Of a DNA stretch of 64,000 nt, positions 33,172-47,111 are shown in pieces. This DNA is from Protoeuglena noctilucae. Lineage: Eukaryota. The notes under the pieces were generated by a model that was not told the origin of the DNA, ran no database searches, and saw only the letters and a list, made by a program, of their open reading frames with translations. How positions within the stretch are numbered: the stretch's first letter is position 1; each line of letters opens with the position of its first letter. Both the position numbers and the translations under genes were made by a program. The DNA lies in the NCBI GenBank assembly GCA_958009085.1, contig OY253682.1:682001-746000 (forward strand). Direction: 5' to 3'.

Positions 33172-34166
33172 TTTGTTTCGGACGGAGGCAAACGCAGTCC
33201 CCGTCACGCACCGTGAGTCCCCCCACAGTGGAAACACGACTTTGTCATGGCCAGGGTCTAGTGGCCTCCCCGACGAGAGCCACGGGGATGAGCTTGAAGG
33301 GCAGGCGCCAGTACGCCAGCGATGGGGGGGGGTGGTTGCGTCGCCCCTGGCCCAGCGAAGCCATCAAGTCGGCCACGAGGACTGTTGGGGTTGTCCAAAA
33401 GTCCAACATCCGAGAAAAGGCGTACAGGTCAACGCAGAAGAGGTGGGCAGTGTGTCGGAATGGAAGCCGTCGCGTCCGCAGAAATAGGCGACCCCACGCC
33501 CAATCTCGCACACAAAAGATCACGATCGAAAACGAGGCTCAGTCTGACCCGGCTCGAGCGTGCAGAAACCGGCCAATTCACATGCACACTCCCGACACAC
33601 GGACCGCCGGCCTGCTGTGTGGATGGGGCAGCCCGGGGCACCCCGGCCCACCCTCGACAGGTGAATGGGGCGTCGCTTGGTGCGAAGGTACCCCGACTCC
33701 GATGGCTGTCATCTCACCACGCCGCAACTGGATGTCTGACCTTTGTGCGAGTCACGGCACCGTCGCCAGGCCGTCACGCCTCGTCCTGCAATCACCTTGC
33801 GCGAGTCCTGGACCTATGGATTTGCCAGGAGTTATCACGGCCTTTATGGAGTTGCTGTTCTCATTGTCGTGTCCGTAGAAGCTCGCCGATAGCAGCTCAA
33901 TAGCTGATGGCAGTAAACGCAGCCGAGGAACGGAAAAGGCGGTGCGTATGCTGGATTTGCTAGCAGCGCCTGCACACTCAAGGCCGCGACTCATGCCAGC
34001 GCGACGCAGAGAACTGACATTTAGCAAGCACAGTTGTTGCTGCAGCCCCTCCCCTGTGGCCGCACTCCGTAGTGATCCAAACATCCGCTGCGTGCTCGGG
34101 GAACACGCCTGCCGCATCGCCTGGTCTCGCTTCCAGCCACGCTCAGCTAATTTGATCACGGGCACG

Positions 34167-35651
34167 ATGGGGACGTTCGCCGATCCCACGTTCCTGTCCA
34201 AGGAGCAGCGAGATGTTTTGAGGTGTGCATGCGCCTTCTGCAGAGGGAATCTTGCGCCCTGTGTACACTCGAGCATGCAAATAGGACGGTTACTTTAGGC
34301 GTGCCGCGAGTCCTCCCCTCCTTTCTCCCGCGGACCGTCGGCAGCGACTGCGTTCGCAGGGCCTATGTCACGGCGGAGGACAGCGGGATCCAGAACCAGG
34401 CGGATTCGACCGTGCGGTTGCATGTGTCGCACAGGTGGGCAGGGCTTCGCGTATTTCCCCCGCGGCACCCGCCCGCGTCCCGCCCCGCTGGTGGCGTTTG
34501 CGAAGGGACTGCCTGCGTGTCCTCTGCAGCAACCTTCGCCAGACGAAGCTTCAGGAGATCCGCCTGGACAAACACATGACTGTTGATGCCGTCAAGCGCA
34601 AGCTCATCTCCCACACAGGTGTGCTTATCAGCACCGCGACGCAGCGGGGCGTTTTGCTGAGAGCGAAAAAACAACAGCCCGCGCCTGGTGCGTCTGTTGC
34701 AGGGACCAACCCCTCGGCCATGGTGCTGCAGCTGTTCAACGATGCCAATGGTCTGGTGGCCACGCTTTCTGACGACGCCCGCAAGCTGGGCTTCTACTCC
34801 CCGCTCGACGGATGGCGCCTGCACGTCATCGACACGGACCCGACGTCCGTGTCGGCGAACGGATGGCTGGAGGACGTCTCGAAGGTGACAGAGTCGGGGT
34901 GGTTGGAGTTCCCAGGCACAGGCGTACGGTACAGGCGGGCTGATACGCGTTGCATGTCCTGCTGCTGCGGACATGATGTTGTGAACCCATCACGTGGTCC
35001 GCGTGACCCAGGTCGAGAAGTACATGATGTCGGATGCGGACTATGAGAAGCGGGAGAACACGTACCGCAAGTTCAAGCAGGAGAAGCTGAAAGAGGATCC
35101 AACGTGGACCCTGCGTGAGTTGCGGGGAGAGCTGGTCGTGGCACAGCTCTGGGACTGCTGCTTATGTCCAGCCCTCCGCTGCGTCACTGTTGCAGAGAAG
35201 GAACTGGCGCAGCGGCGAGGAGTGGACGTGGAGGCCTCCAAACCGCGTGCCGAGGGTCCCGACTACATGCGAGAGGAGGCGGCGGGGATGTCGGTGGGGA
35301 TGCGGTGCTCATGCGAGCCGGGGGACCGCCGGGGCCTGGTGCGGCACGTGGGGCCTGTGGAGGGGCTCCCGCCGGGCTGGTGGGTGGGCGTCCAGTATGA
35401 TGAGGTGATGAGGAGCAGGGCAGCAGCATGAGAATTTGCTGGGTTAGGATGGAATGACATGTGCGACTCGGAAAGCCCTTGTCGCAACGCAGCCCCTGGG
35501 CAAGAACGATGGCACGGTCAAGGGGCGACGGGTGTTTGAATGCCCACCGAACCACGGGGGGTTCCTGCGCCCGGATAAGGTCAAGGTCGGGGACTACCCT
35601 CCTATTGACGACTTGGACAGCGACTTTGGGGATGAGCCTGACGAGATTTAG
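34167..35651 (+). CDS. TBCB: Tubulin-folding cofactor B (Ubl + CAP-Gly)
   Basis: [40 protein letters not shown] terminus. Confidence 0.95.
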
Positions 35652-35787
35652 GCGACGGGGCTGATAGCACTGGCGTTGGTGGGCGAGGTGGCGAGAGACT
35701 GCGTGGATTTGTTGCAGTAGCCCGATTTCAAGCGTACAGCGCATCAAGAGGGAAAGCTCTTGGACGCCTAGAGTCGCGGCAGCCGGA

Positions 35788-38700
35788 CTACCATCCCAAC
35801 AAGGCGGCCACCGCCTTCGACACAGCTTGGGTCAGCAATTCTTGACGCCGTCCTCCGTTTCTCGCGTCCATATCGACATCGTCCGACACGCTCGCCCTCG
35901 ATGCCAGCTTGCCCGGGCAGTGAGACCGCAGCCATGCCCTCCACAGTTCTTGGTGAGCAGCGGCGTCCTCCGCCCCCCCGTGCCGTGCGACCAAACCCAA
36001 TGCTGCAAGCGCTCCTTCCGCTACCACGGCCAACGGCAGGCGTTTCGACCTGGCTATACCGGGCTCAGAAGCCCCGCATGTCGCTGACCCTATGAGCGAG
36101 CCCCAGGCTTCCTCTGCCAGCCGCCAAACGACCCCCTCGCTGGCCATGATCGGGGACACCGCCAGTGACAGAGCCATGGCCAGAGCGTGACGCGGGCAGC
36201 GTGAAATGCAGCCTCGAAGGATTGCGACGGCCACGGAAGCGCACGGGATAACATTGCTCATGTGCGTGGAGTCGACCGGGGGCCTCCCTGCCATGGCATT
36301 GACGCAGACGAAATTGGCAAGGGATGCGAGCAAGCGGTCGGCGTCTGCGCCGGAAAAGAGGGGAAGACAACGTTTGAGTGCCCAAAAGGTTCATGATGAG
36401 GTCCCTGTAGGACAGCATGGTGCAGCGACACGTTGCCTTGCCTGACTTTGCATGAAAGCAGGCGAAGACCGTCCTCGCCACTCCGTCAACGAGACCCAAG
36501 CCTTCCACAGCTGTGACAAAAGGGATGCGTTGGAGCGACAGCAGCGCAGTGGCCAGCGAGTCGAGAAGCTTGGCTGATATGCTTGCGGCCCTGCAGCGAA
36601 GAACTCGAGAGTTACAATAACTCTCTACCAGTCGATCGGGTCTACAGCGCACTTGTCGCAAAGAAGGAAGAACTGGGAGCATCACCTCTCTTCCTGCTCA
36701 CTGGCGGCCGTCCCGATGAGATCGCAGACAGCGTCTCGAGCCCACGACAGCAAACCCATCCGGCCCACGACGTCGCGCGCGTATCCAGGCACCCGAGCAA
36801 GTGCCGAGACAGTGTCGGCCACTGCAGCACGCATGGCCCAGGACGCTGACGGTGCCGCATGCACACCGCACAGCATCTCGAAAGCATAGTGCCTGCGCAA
36901 GGCCTCGGCGACAGGCTCGTGTGCTTCAGCAGAGCCACTCGCATCCTTTGCAGGACCCGCCTCCCCAGACTCCTCCCCAATCGTGTGCCCAGACACGGAT
37001 GCGGCTACCCCTGCCCAGACCAAACACATAGCCTGTGCCCGATCCTGATCTCCATCTAAACCAACTTTCCCCGTAGCGACGAGCTCGTAAAAGTGCGGCA
37101 TCTCAAGGGGCCGCATGGCCCGCTTGCGACGAAGGACGCGCACGATGGCACGAGCTCGTGTCGACCCTGCATGCACCGTGAGCGGCATGCATTCTGTGGC
37201 CACACCATACGAGAAAACGAGCAAACCAGCCGCTCTCCTGCTGCACTCGCCGTGAGCCTGCAGTCCCGCTGCACAGGCGGCCGCAAATGATGCGGCCGCG
37301 GGGAGCACAGGCGACGCAAGCGTAATGCCATGCGACACGATCCCTCTGGCGACGAATGCCGCAAGGTGAGTAAGAAACGGCTTCTCGCGGAAGTGGGTAC
37401 TTGACAGATGGCGACAGTACAGCCGGAAGCACAGGTGCCCAAGTGCGCGTGCCACAACGTCCTGGCTCCCGAACGCACGTAGAATCACCGGCAGCAGCCC
37501 CGTCCCGCTGAGGTCGGTCGCCACGTCGAGATGACCCTCCTGGAGCCCCGCGTACGCAAACAGCAGCGCCCAGTGCACGTCCATGCCCGCACCAACCACG
37601 TCCTCACAACCATGCTCTCTTGACTCCATTCGACGCTGCGGCTTTGGCGCCCATCGATCAAACCCGACGCTGCCGATATCCATTGCTGCGCAGCCCAGCG
37701 CCAGCCTTCGAGGATCAACGACGCCAGCAGAGCCAACCGCACGCCGGCGCACCGCCTGTGTGCGCGTTGTGCCCGGGCTGGGCGCCGACCCGTCACCCAG
37801 CCAGTCCAGTGACCCTTTCCCCTTCTCAGCCGGCTGAAGCGCACCCTCCTCGTCGGCACGCCGCGCTGCCGGCCCCCACAAGAATCCCGTTCGTGTAAGG
37901 GCGGACGGCGTGAGAAATGTCTGAAGAGCCCCATGCACACGACGCTCCAGGCTCGACAACGGAGACACGTACTCGCTTGCATCAACCTCAGCAGAGGCAC
38001 GTCGTGCGTCGTCATCCTTGGAGCCCTGGTGACCACCGTGCAATTTCCGCAGGCTGCCAGGATGATTTGCACTTGGAGGCTGCTGTCGATTGTTGCTCTC
38101 GTCATCGTCAGAGGAAGACCTCGCGGTGCCCTCGCTGGCATCGTCACCGTCTCCATGTGCTTTCGTGTGGGCAACATCGCCGCCCACGGCTCTGCGCAGA
38201 GTTGCGGGGAAGTCACTCCACCTAGCCCCAGAAACCACGTGGTCCATGAGGAACAGGCACTCTTTGCAAAGAGTGTCCTGAAAGCTCCGCGTGCACTGGA
38301 AGCTCCCAAGCAACACAGGGATTGCTGCAGAGACTGCAGCTGTGAGCTGACGTCTGTCGTCTACAAGCGCGCTCGTTGCGCGCTTCAGAAGCGCACAGAC
38401 AGCGCGAAGCAAACTCTCTCGTATCGGCGGACACGACGCCTCTCCGCTGTGCGAGATGCGTCCGGGTCTGGCCGGGGCCGCACTTGACACCGCTGCACCT
38501 AGGAAGTCCAGCTGTGTGTCAAGTGACATGACAGGCTCCTGGAGAAGCACCCGAGCTGCGTCCCCGTCTTGCAGTACCCTCAGCACGGCATCGCGCTGCA
38601 ACATTTGCGCAGCAAGGGCTACGCAAGCAGCGTCCAGCCTGGAAACCCAGCTCCCACCACAACTCTCTGATGCAGCAGCCATCGCCTCCAAACAGTCTGC

Positions 38701-41700
38701 GGCGCTCTTAGCTCGCCAGGGATTCGAAAACGCATCCTGATTGTCTTTGAGTGGCAACAGAGACCTCGCAAGTCCCATGCAAGCGTCTGCCGCCAGCTTG
38801 CTGACGTCACCCACGAGCCACGGGGCAGCTTCGCATAGGGAACTACACGCACACGGGGGGAGGACGGCCAAAGCATCGCAGAGAGTTGTGGTCAAGCCGA
38901 AACTTCCCACGCCTTGCGGCGGCTGCGAAAGGGACGGCGGGACCACCTCTGCCAAAACGTTGACCAACGCAACGAGCCACTTCCCAATGAAGCCCATGCG
39001 CTCTCGAGCAAGCTGGTCACCGCTTGCAGCCTTGCTAGCCTCCTCATGAGCCCTCGCTGCCAGCCCAGCCACGACTTCGAGCGCAACGACGGTGCGCTCC
39101 AACGCCCCCGCAACATTTGCCTGGCGGCTTATGCTGGACGGGATCAGAGCCCGCAGAGAGGCATGTGCAGCAGAGATATCCGAAGAAAGGAGAAACGTGT
39201 CATCAAATGAAGGTGGGAAAGCCACAAGCGCATCCAGGCCTGCGAGTAGGGCGGTAGTCACTGCGCTGGCGTCGGTATGGTCCCCACTCGCAGGGGCAAC
39301 CGCACAAAAGTGAGCGTCCATAGCAGCACCGCGCAGTAGAGACTTGGGTGAAAGGATTTTACGAAGGTCGGTAGAGAACTGGTCCGGGCTGTCTGCTGCC
39401 ACCCGCCAAAAGGAGTCGCGATCTGGCAGGCTAGGAGAACGCATCACAGAAGCCAATGAGCTGCAAGACACAAACCGTGCCGCTGCTGCTGCAAAGAGGT
39501 GCAGAAACGGCAAGTGCAAGTCCGTGGGTGGAGGAGGCATGGGTAGCACTTTACCGAACAGATAGGCTGCCAAGGGAGCTGCGTAGGCTTGCGAAAGGGC
39601 ATGCTCGATGCTATCTCCCAGATGTGCTTGTGATAGCGCCGCCAAAGCAAAGGGCATGGCGTTTGCCAGCATTACCCGGCGAGCGTCACGCGAGGGGGCA
39701 TGCGGTATGGTCGCGAAAGCACGCACCAAACGGGTCGCCATAGATGCCACGCAAGCCTCGTCACACAGAGAGCATGCCTGAGCCGCCAAGAGACAGGCGT
39801 CGGGCGAGTCGAGGCGACACGCTCGGACTGCAAGGGAGTCAGCATTGCGCATGACCCAAGAACGCGCAGCCGCAGATGTACCAGGCATGCTCAAAAGTCG
39901 CAAGACAAACGTAACCGCCGTGTCTGGCAAAGCACCGCTACCCGTGAAACGGCAACTGTCGTCTGTGAGCCACCGCACGCAAAGTGACTCTAGCAGGCTG
40001 CCAAGATCCAGGCATGCAGCTAGAGCGGCAATTGTCGTGGTCGATGACGCTGCAGGTCGCAGTATCTGCCACAGGCGACTGGACGTCCCCCCGAGCTCTT
40101 GGGAACCCTGCCCCCGTGAAACTGTTGCGAGCAGGCGAAGCGGCTGACAACAGCACACGTCCCCGTCACTTGCTGGAGTTTGCCGGGAAAGCTGCTTCTC
40201 GGCCACATCGGAAACAGCTCTCAAGCAGGAATGAATGTTAGCCCTGACTGCTCGGGGCGAGTCCCCAACAGACGCCCTAGCCAGCGCTTCCAGCATGCTC
40301 TCGAAATCCGCACGTGCATCGCGGCCTGCCGTCAGCGTCCCCTCTGCCATCCCAAGCCACACCTCACCGAGGCTCTTTGCAACAAAACTAGAAAGCGGCA
40401 AAAACAAACTGCCAGATTCCTCGCTACCGGGCTGACCGTCCGGCTCTGGCACATGATGAGAGTGGCGTTTCGGCGCATCGCTGGCGATTCGTGTTGCTGC
40501 TCGCTCTGAATCAGCAAGCAAGGCAGCCAGAACTCGGAGGGATGGTGACTCTTCCACCATATCGCCCGGGCGTGTGCACTGCTCCCGCACCACCTTGGCA
40601 TGGAACGCAGCGCATGCTGGGATAACGCTGAGTTTCGAGGCTGTCATTGAGTCGACAGCCCCAAACCATGACTTGGTTGCGGCCAAAACGTCTGCAACCT
40701 TCCCATGTGATGCGTCTAATGACTCTGCCTCTGCAACTCTTTTACCACTGTGACCTTTGTGCTCCCTCGCCCCCGCAATGTCTATGGCTTGCAGCCAAAC
40801 GTGCTCTCGAGCATCCGCGCCCCCGACTCCCTTAGCCCTCTTCCCAGGCGGGGATCTCGCTGTGGAAGTGGATGATGTGGGTGCGAGCCCTGTCACTGCC
40901 CTCACGCAGTCAGCGTGCAGCTCCGCCAAAACCGCTGCCTCTGCTGGCAGCGAACCTCTTTCATCCATCGGGGACCCTGCACGAGCGACTTCTAATCCCC
41001 ACACAGCACGCCCAAGCGCAGCTGCCACCCCCGCGGCACCAGGGACGTCATCCCCAGTGACCAAAAGCACAGCACAAGCTGCCGCCAGCATGTCCGCGAT
41101 GGCACGCCGTGAGCGAATCGGCGTCTTGGCAGATCGCAGCACTTTGACCCCTTGCTCGACCAGCAGACAGAGGAAAGGGCTTGGAAACATTGCCCGGTCG
41201 TCTGTGCTTGGCCCCAGACGTGTCGAAGTCCACTGCCCTGTTGCATCGGCCACCTGCCGCGCGGCGAGAGCCGCGACGTGTGGGCGCTTCCCAGCCTGCG
41301 CAAAGACCTCGGACGCTAGAGACGCACAGGCTCTCGCGCTCCCGTCCGACGCGTTGCCGTGACGCGCAGGAAAGCGTGCACCCGCAAAGCCGAGGGCAAA
41401 ACAGATGGCGGTGGCATCCAAAGCTCCCCCTGGCCCCATCATGCCCGAACAAAGCAATACAGTCTGCAGCAGACGCCACAGCACGCCAACCCCTCGTCCA
41501 GCAAACCCCACAGCGCCCCCAGGCTTGGCACCCACTTCGGGGCAGCCGCTCGAAACGCAAGCAGAGGTCAGCGCCAGGATGTGACCCTGGCCGACCCAGG
41601 AAATACATGCAGTCAGTGCTTCTGGGACGACTTCCACACTCTCGCCCGATGCAGTGTCAGGGGCCACTCTACCCGGTGCCACATTGGCATTGCCAAGACC

Positions 41701-44615
41701 CACAGCCCCGAGCAACGAGCGTCCCTGCAGTGCGCCTAACTGCGGCAGCCGCTGGCACGCCAGGGCCATGGCAGCTTCCATGCACGCTGCGTCACATTCG
41801 TCGACGCTGATCATCTCATCAGGCAGCACCTGAGTGGGATCTGCGCCGGACTCCCGGTATGCCTGCGGAAGCAGAACTCCCAGCACTCTCATGGCTTCGT
41901 AAATATGCTGGGCCGTCTCCACCCTGCAAAGATCAGCTTTGGCGACACGGACAGCATCCGCCGCTTCTCGAAGTTCCTCAAACAGCACTGCAGCATCTGG
42001 TGGCATCCCCCCCGGACGCTCGCTGTTCGGTCTTTCCACCGCGGATGCACCGCTTCCATCCACAGTGGCCACCTCGCCAATGTCGTTTGCTGCGCCCCAG
42101 TCCTTCCCCACCACTGTGAGCCCCTGGTCTTCCACCCCACCATCGTCTCCCCTCAGGCGGAGGACGCGCTCTTGAAGCGCCTCAACCTTGGCACCAAGTG
42201 CCTGCGCGCTGCTCTGCCTCCAGATTGACGCCACAGAGGCGTTCGCCGCGAGAAGTACCTGGATGTCGGGAAGGGACGCTTGCAAAGCCACCTGGGTCTC
42301 CTGCACATCCAAGTGCCCCGCTGGATGCGCTGCGAGCAGTGACTCAAGTGAAAGACACAGCTCCTGCAGCAGTTCGGCGGCAGCAGCCCGCACGCGGGGC
42401 TCGGCGTGCTGCAGTCCGCGTGTCAGTGCCGCGCGCGTGAGGGGGGCCGGGGCCAGCCACCGCACGAGGTCCGAGGCCCCATGGATTGGGACGCCGGGCC
42501 CGGGAAGGCACCCACGAGATTGGCGCAGGAGGTGGCACACAAGCGATGCCGCGGCGAAGAACTGCGGGGGAAGGAGCGAGACGGGCAATCTGTTACATGG
42601 AGGGGACTGTAGTCCTCGCCCCAACGCGTGCCATGCCGAGCTTCAGGGCCTTGCCTCTTTTGACGGGGCAGGCTCCAGCGCCCAGGCATTCGAGCCGTAA
42701 AGCGCCACTCCCGCTGCCGTCATGTCGCTCTGCGCCATTTCGAGCACAAGGGCTGCGTGCCCCGGGTGCGCTGCCGGACGCAGCCGTGAGATCATCTCTG
42801 CTGCCGTGCTCCTCCCGTCCGTCGCACCCTTCCCCGAGCGAGCGGCGGCACTGAACAAAGCAATCCACACACCCACTGCGGGGTCACCCCCCTGACCTGC
42901 CCCAGGCTGGACCTGAGGCGCCTTGGGCCCCACTACGGCATCGTCCCTCACGCGGAGGAGTGCGCCGGGTCCCACCACGAGGCCCCTGAGCAGCGCCACG
43001 CATCGCTCGCGAGCGGCGATCGCGGTGGCGTCCCCCGGGACCGCGGAGGAGGTGCCGTAGACAGCGGCCAGCTGCACGAGGCTGTCGGCATCGAACACCT
43101 GCCAAACAAGCTCAGGATGGTTATTAAGTAACACTCAATAACAGGAATGACATCGTGGCACGCGCCGTTGTCGAATCCTGCACCCACGACACTGCACAGC
43201 ACGCACCTGCTCTGCGGACGCGCTTCCCTGTCCCAGCACGTGCGTCTCCAGGGTGTCGAGGATGTCGAGGAACACACCCGGAGGGTCGTGGCTGGCGTGA
43301 TGGAGGAGCCCGGAAATGAGCGGGCGGCAGCGGGCAACGGCGGCAGTGAGGGGTCCATCCCTGGTGCGGAGCTGAGGCGACAGACGGTGGGGGGGGGAGG
43401 TGAGTTGGGGTGGACCCCTCACAGAGACGGGGTCTCACACCGCTCGCCACCACTCACCAGAGTCAGCGCCCAGAGAACAAAGGTCGGCCGCGTCGGTCTC
43501 CCCAGGATGCCGCGCCCCACGAAGTACGTGCGCCCGCCGACCATGGAGACCGCCGAGGGCTCTTCGTCGGCCAAAGCGTCGCCGTCGCCCTTGTATCGCG
43601 GCGGGCGGGCCAGCTTCCTCAACGCACTGCGCGAACATGCGAGCTCGGGGCTCCCCACGGCAGGTGGCATCATGGCGTGGGAGGCCCACCGGGGTGCACT
43701 GCCCGTCACCTCAGCGACCAGTCGAACACCTGCACCAGCTCCCGCGCTAGGTACGCGCCCCGCGCAGCCACGGCAGTCAGGAGGTGCAGAGCCCCGTTGA
43801 TCCTGGACCGTGCCCCGGACGACAGGTGGTGGTACACGGCCTTCATCCGGTTGCGGAGGATGCCCCGGGCCTGCGGGTGCGGCACCCCGCGTGGGCACTT
43901 TGCCAGCCAGCCACGCACGGCGCGATTCCCACTTGCCATTCTCCCTCCTCTAGTTTTCCTCACAAGTTCGTCTGCGTCCCTCGCCACGTCCGGCACCCTG
44001 TCTGGCGTGGCCAGGGCCATGACGCGGGCTAGGACGAGCAGAAGCTTGTCGTCGATGGGCGCCTGCACGGTGCCTTTCCGAGCATTGTCCCACGCCCCCA
44101 GGAGCACTGCCAGGCCGTCCGACTTGGCATGGAAGGCTTTCAGCGCGTTCAGCGAGCCCTGCGAGGCGACAGCCGGCGCGCCGAGCATGAAAGAGCGCTG
44201 GCGACCGACGGCTCCGGGCGCCCCACCGTGCCCGCGTGCGTGCGCCTGTCACCTTGGCATGGAGCGCGCGGTGCAGGTCCTCCAGGCCCAACAGCAGCAC
44301 TTGGGGGTCGTTGCGGACGCGGAGCTTGTCGATGGTAGCCACGACGTCGAATGGCGAGGACTTGTGGGCCTGCCTCTGCTGCTGCAGGACCCAGTCGGTC
44401 GAGTCGGTGATGCGAAGGGCCGCCTTGCGTGACGGCGGGGCCGCACCCACGTACGCCTCGCGCCTGGGCGCCGCCCCGTCGCCAGCCGGCTCGTTCGCTG
44501 GTACCGAGCGCGCGCCGAAAGTGAAGGCGCCCGTCGGGGCCGCTGGCAGGCGGCTCTCAGCGAAGAGGTGCGCCAGCGACCCCGACGGCAAGGACGGCGC
44601 CGCGTCGCCGGCCAT
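35788..44615 (-). CDS. URB1: Nucleolar pre-ribosomal-associated protein 1 (URB1/Npa1)
   Basis: Very large helical protein; N-terminal MKAVYHHLSS..ALHLLTAV..ARELVQVFDW (Npa1-like); C-terminal GLLPVILRAFGSQD..R...FREK (NopRA1-like). Confidence 0.75.
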
Positions 44616-45012
44616 GGCGACGCCGCGACCTGTGCGCCTCCCGATGGGGAGCAATACCGGCGAAGATCACAGCGCGTGCTTAGTTTTAGGAAGAGAAAGC
44701 GGCACCGGAACGATTTGCTCGATTTGCTCCTTAGCAACAGACGGCAGCTTGGCTCGCCGCACGGGAGCAGTGGTGCGCAACGTCCGCTGCGACGTAGGTT
44801 TTTCGATAACATGAGAGTCACGTGGGGAGATATCGCCCCATTTTCATGCGTGTAGCGGCGGGGCGGGGACTTTGTGCCGCAGCGCCAGGGAAATGATGTG
44901 CCACCCGTTCATCGAGCACCAAATCGCTGTCGGGATGGTCCACAAACGCCACTGTCCTGTCCCTCACTGCCGGCGTCAGCACTTGGAACCCCCGCGCCGC
45001 TGCCACCACGCG

Positions 45013-45644
45013 ATGAGAGCGCGCATCGGCCTCTCGAGCGCCTCGTCCTGCGCAAGCGCGCTCGCGAAGTCGCTTTCCAGCTGCAAGGCTCGCAGTCAAA
45101 GATTGCGAGCAGCGGAAGGTGCCGTGGGCGCTTCCATCGTGCATTCGATCCACGCCAGCGTGAACGTTCGCTTCCAATCAATGACGTGCGCCGTTTGCAG
45201 GGCCTCCGCCGCCGAGGTCGGGGCGGGACGGGAGCGAAGGTCCAGGGCCAAGGGTGGGGATCGAGACGGTGGCCGTGTACTTCCGCAACGACGACATCCT
45301 GCAGGAGGCGTCGCCTGGGGAAAGCCTAGCGTCCGTGGCGTCCCGGAGTGGCGTGGATATCCCCTACGGCTGCCACACGGGCAAATGCGGCGTCTGCGAG
45401 GTCGAGCTGAGGAAGTTTGGGCCTGCCGGTGACGACAAGGAGGGCCTCGTCCTCGCAGGTGCCGTCCCGTCGCTTGGCAGGGTCGCACCACGTGTGCATC
45501 GCCCACGCAGGTGGCGCGGCGGACGAGGCTGGGGCCCCGGTCGTGGTGCGGGCGTGCGTGGACGTGGTGCCGCGGGGGTGGCAGCGCATTGAGATTGACT
45601 TCCTGGAAGACGCCATTTGGGGGCTGGACGGGTGGGACACGTAG
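45013..45644 (+). CDS. 2Fe-2S ferredoxin-like protein, probably plastid-targeted
   Basis: IPYGCHTGKCGVCEVE ... VRACV; Ser/Ala/Arg-rich N-terminus (alternative ATG 44893). Confidence 0.85.
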
Positions 45645-45659
45645 CAGCGAGGCATTCAA

Positions 45660-46940
45660 TCACTTGAGCTCGATCCTGCCGTCTCCAGGCAGCACTTGCT
45701 TCCGCTGCCCCTCGAAGAACTGCTCGAACCAAAGCTGCCGCTCGCTGGCAAAGGTGGGGTCAAAGTCCGTGACCACGGGGGCCACGCCGAACCCCACCGC
45801 ACGACGCAGCCTCTCGAGGAGCGTCCGCGCCTCGTTGCGGTCGTACTCGATCAGGTTGGTGAAGGACAGGCCCAGCCGACCCACCGCGGGGTCGCTGCAG
45901 AGGCGGCGGGTGCGTGGGCATCACGGCACGCTGCGGCATGGCGAGCCCAGTCGTGACCGGGTGGACGCTGGCACTCACCCGCGGGAGCTGGCGCGCGCGG
46001 TGACGAGGTTGTCGTTGGCGATGAAGACGAGCTCGACGTCCACTGGCGACGACAGCTGCACGGCTGGCTCGCTGCCAGGGAGGGGACGGGGACCGTCGTC
46101 GGGAACTACCCCCGGTTCTGGCGACGGTGCCTGGTGGTGGGGAAGGAAGGGGAGCGCCGATGAGTGGCAAGGCGAACGATCAGCGGCTCTGGCAAGACGA
46201 CGAGTGGCAGCGGCACTCACGGGAACCATTCCGGGCACGAAGAGGAAGCGCAGGTAGATGCTGTTGTCGTCCGTCACGTGACGGTCCACGAGCGTGCCTG
46301 GGAACGGGGCGTAGGTCTCTGCCTTGCGCACGGTCGGGCGCTGGGGGAACAGGTCGGGCCTGTTGGTCGAGACGGCCGCCGTGCCCTGCAGGATGAACCG
46401 GGCCACGTCGCCGCGGTCCCTGCCGTAGGGAGCATCCACGACGCCCTGATACGGGCCCCCCTCCGCCACGGTAATCACTCTTGCCACCGCGTCCTCCAGC
46501 GACAGGTTGTCGTTCTCCCACGGGGCGTAAAAGTGGGCCTCGTCCTCGTTCAAGCTTGACACGCACGACGCCTGGCCAAAGGGGCACTGGTTGAGGGTTG
46601 AGCGCACCTCGCCCAGGCACTCTGCGTACGTGAGAACGTGCGTGGTGTGCTGCCAAGAAACGGCGCCCTCTCATTCGACATTGACACACCACAAATTGTG
46701 AAGCAACTTACCAGGGCAGTTTCCTTCCAGTGGCGCGGGCGGGAGGCCCTCCATCGTGGCGAGATCTTCCGCGTTGGCTGGCGAGGGGCTGCACGCGAGC
46801 CCGATGGACAAAACCGCTGCCAGGAGATGGACTCGGAGATCGCTTCGATATCCGATCCGTTGTGGAGATGGCGGAGGTGGATCGCAGCCGCGTCGACCAC
46901 CGCTGCACGCAGGTCCGAGACACTGCGCCAGGACACGCAT
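45660..46940 (-). CDS. DUF1499-family protein, probable thylakoid-lumen targeting
   Basis: LNQCP..ASCVSS, FYAPW, DVELVF, RASSR, N.AR..LE.LRRA.G; hydrophobic stretch then ANA/ED cleavage motif. Confidence 0.7.
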
Positions 46941-47111
46941 CGCAGCCGCGCGAGTGCCCCGCAGAGGTGAGAGGTGGCGGCAAGCGATTAACCTTCGTTA
47001 ATTCTGTGTCTTGCCGCATCACTCCTGTTGCCACTGACGATTCAAAACGGGTAGGGCACGTCAAGCTTGCGTGCTGCCGACACGAGTGACACTGCGTCAC
47101 ACGCCGATCCA

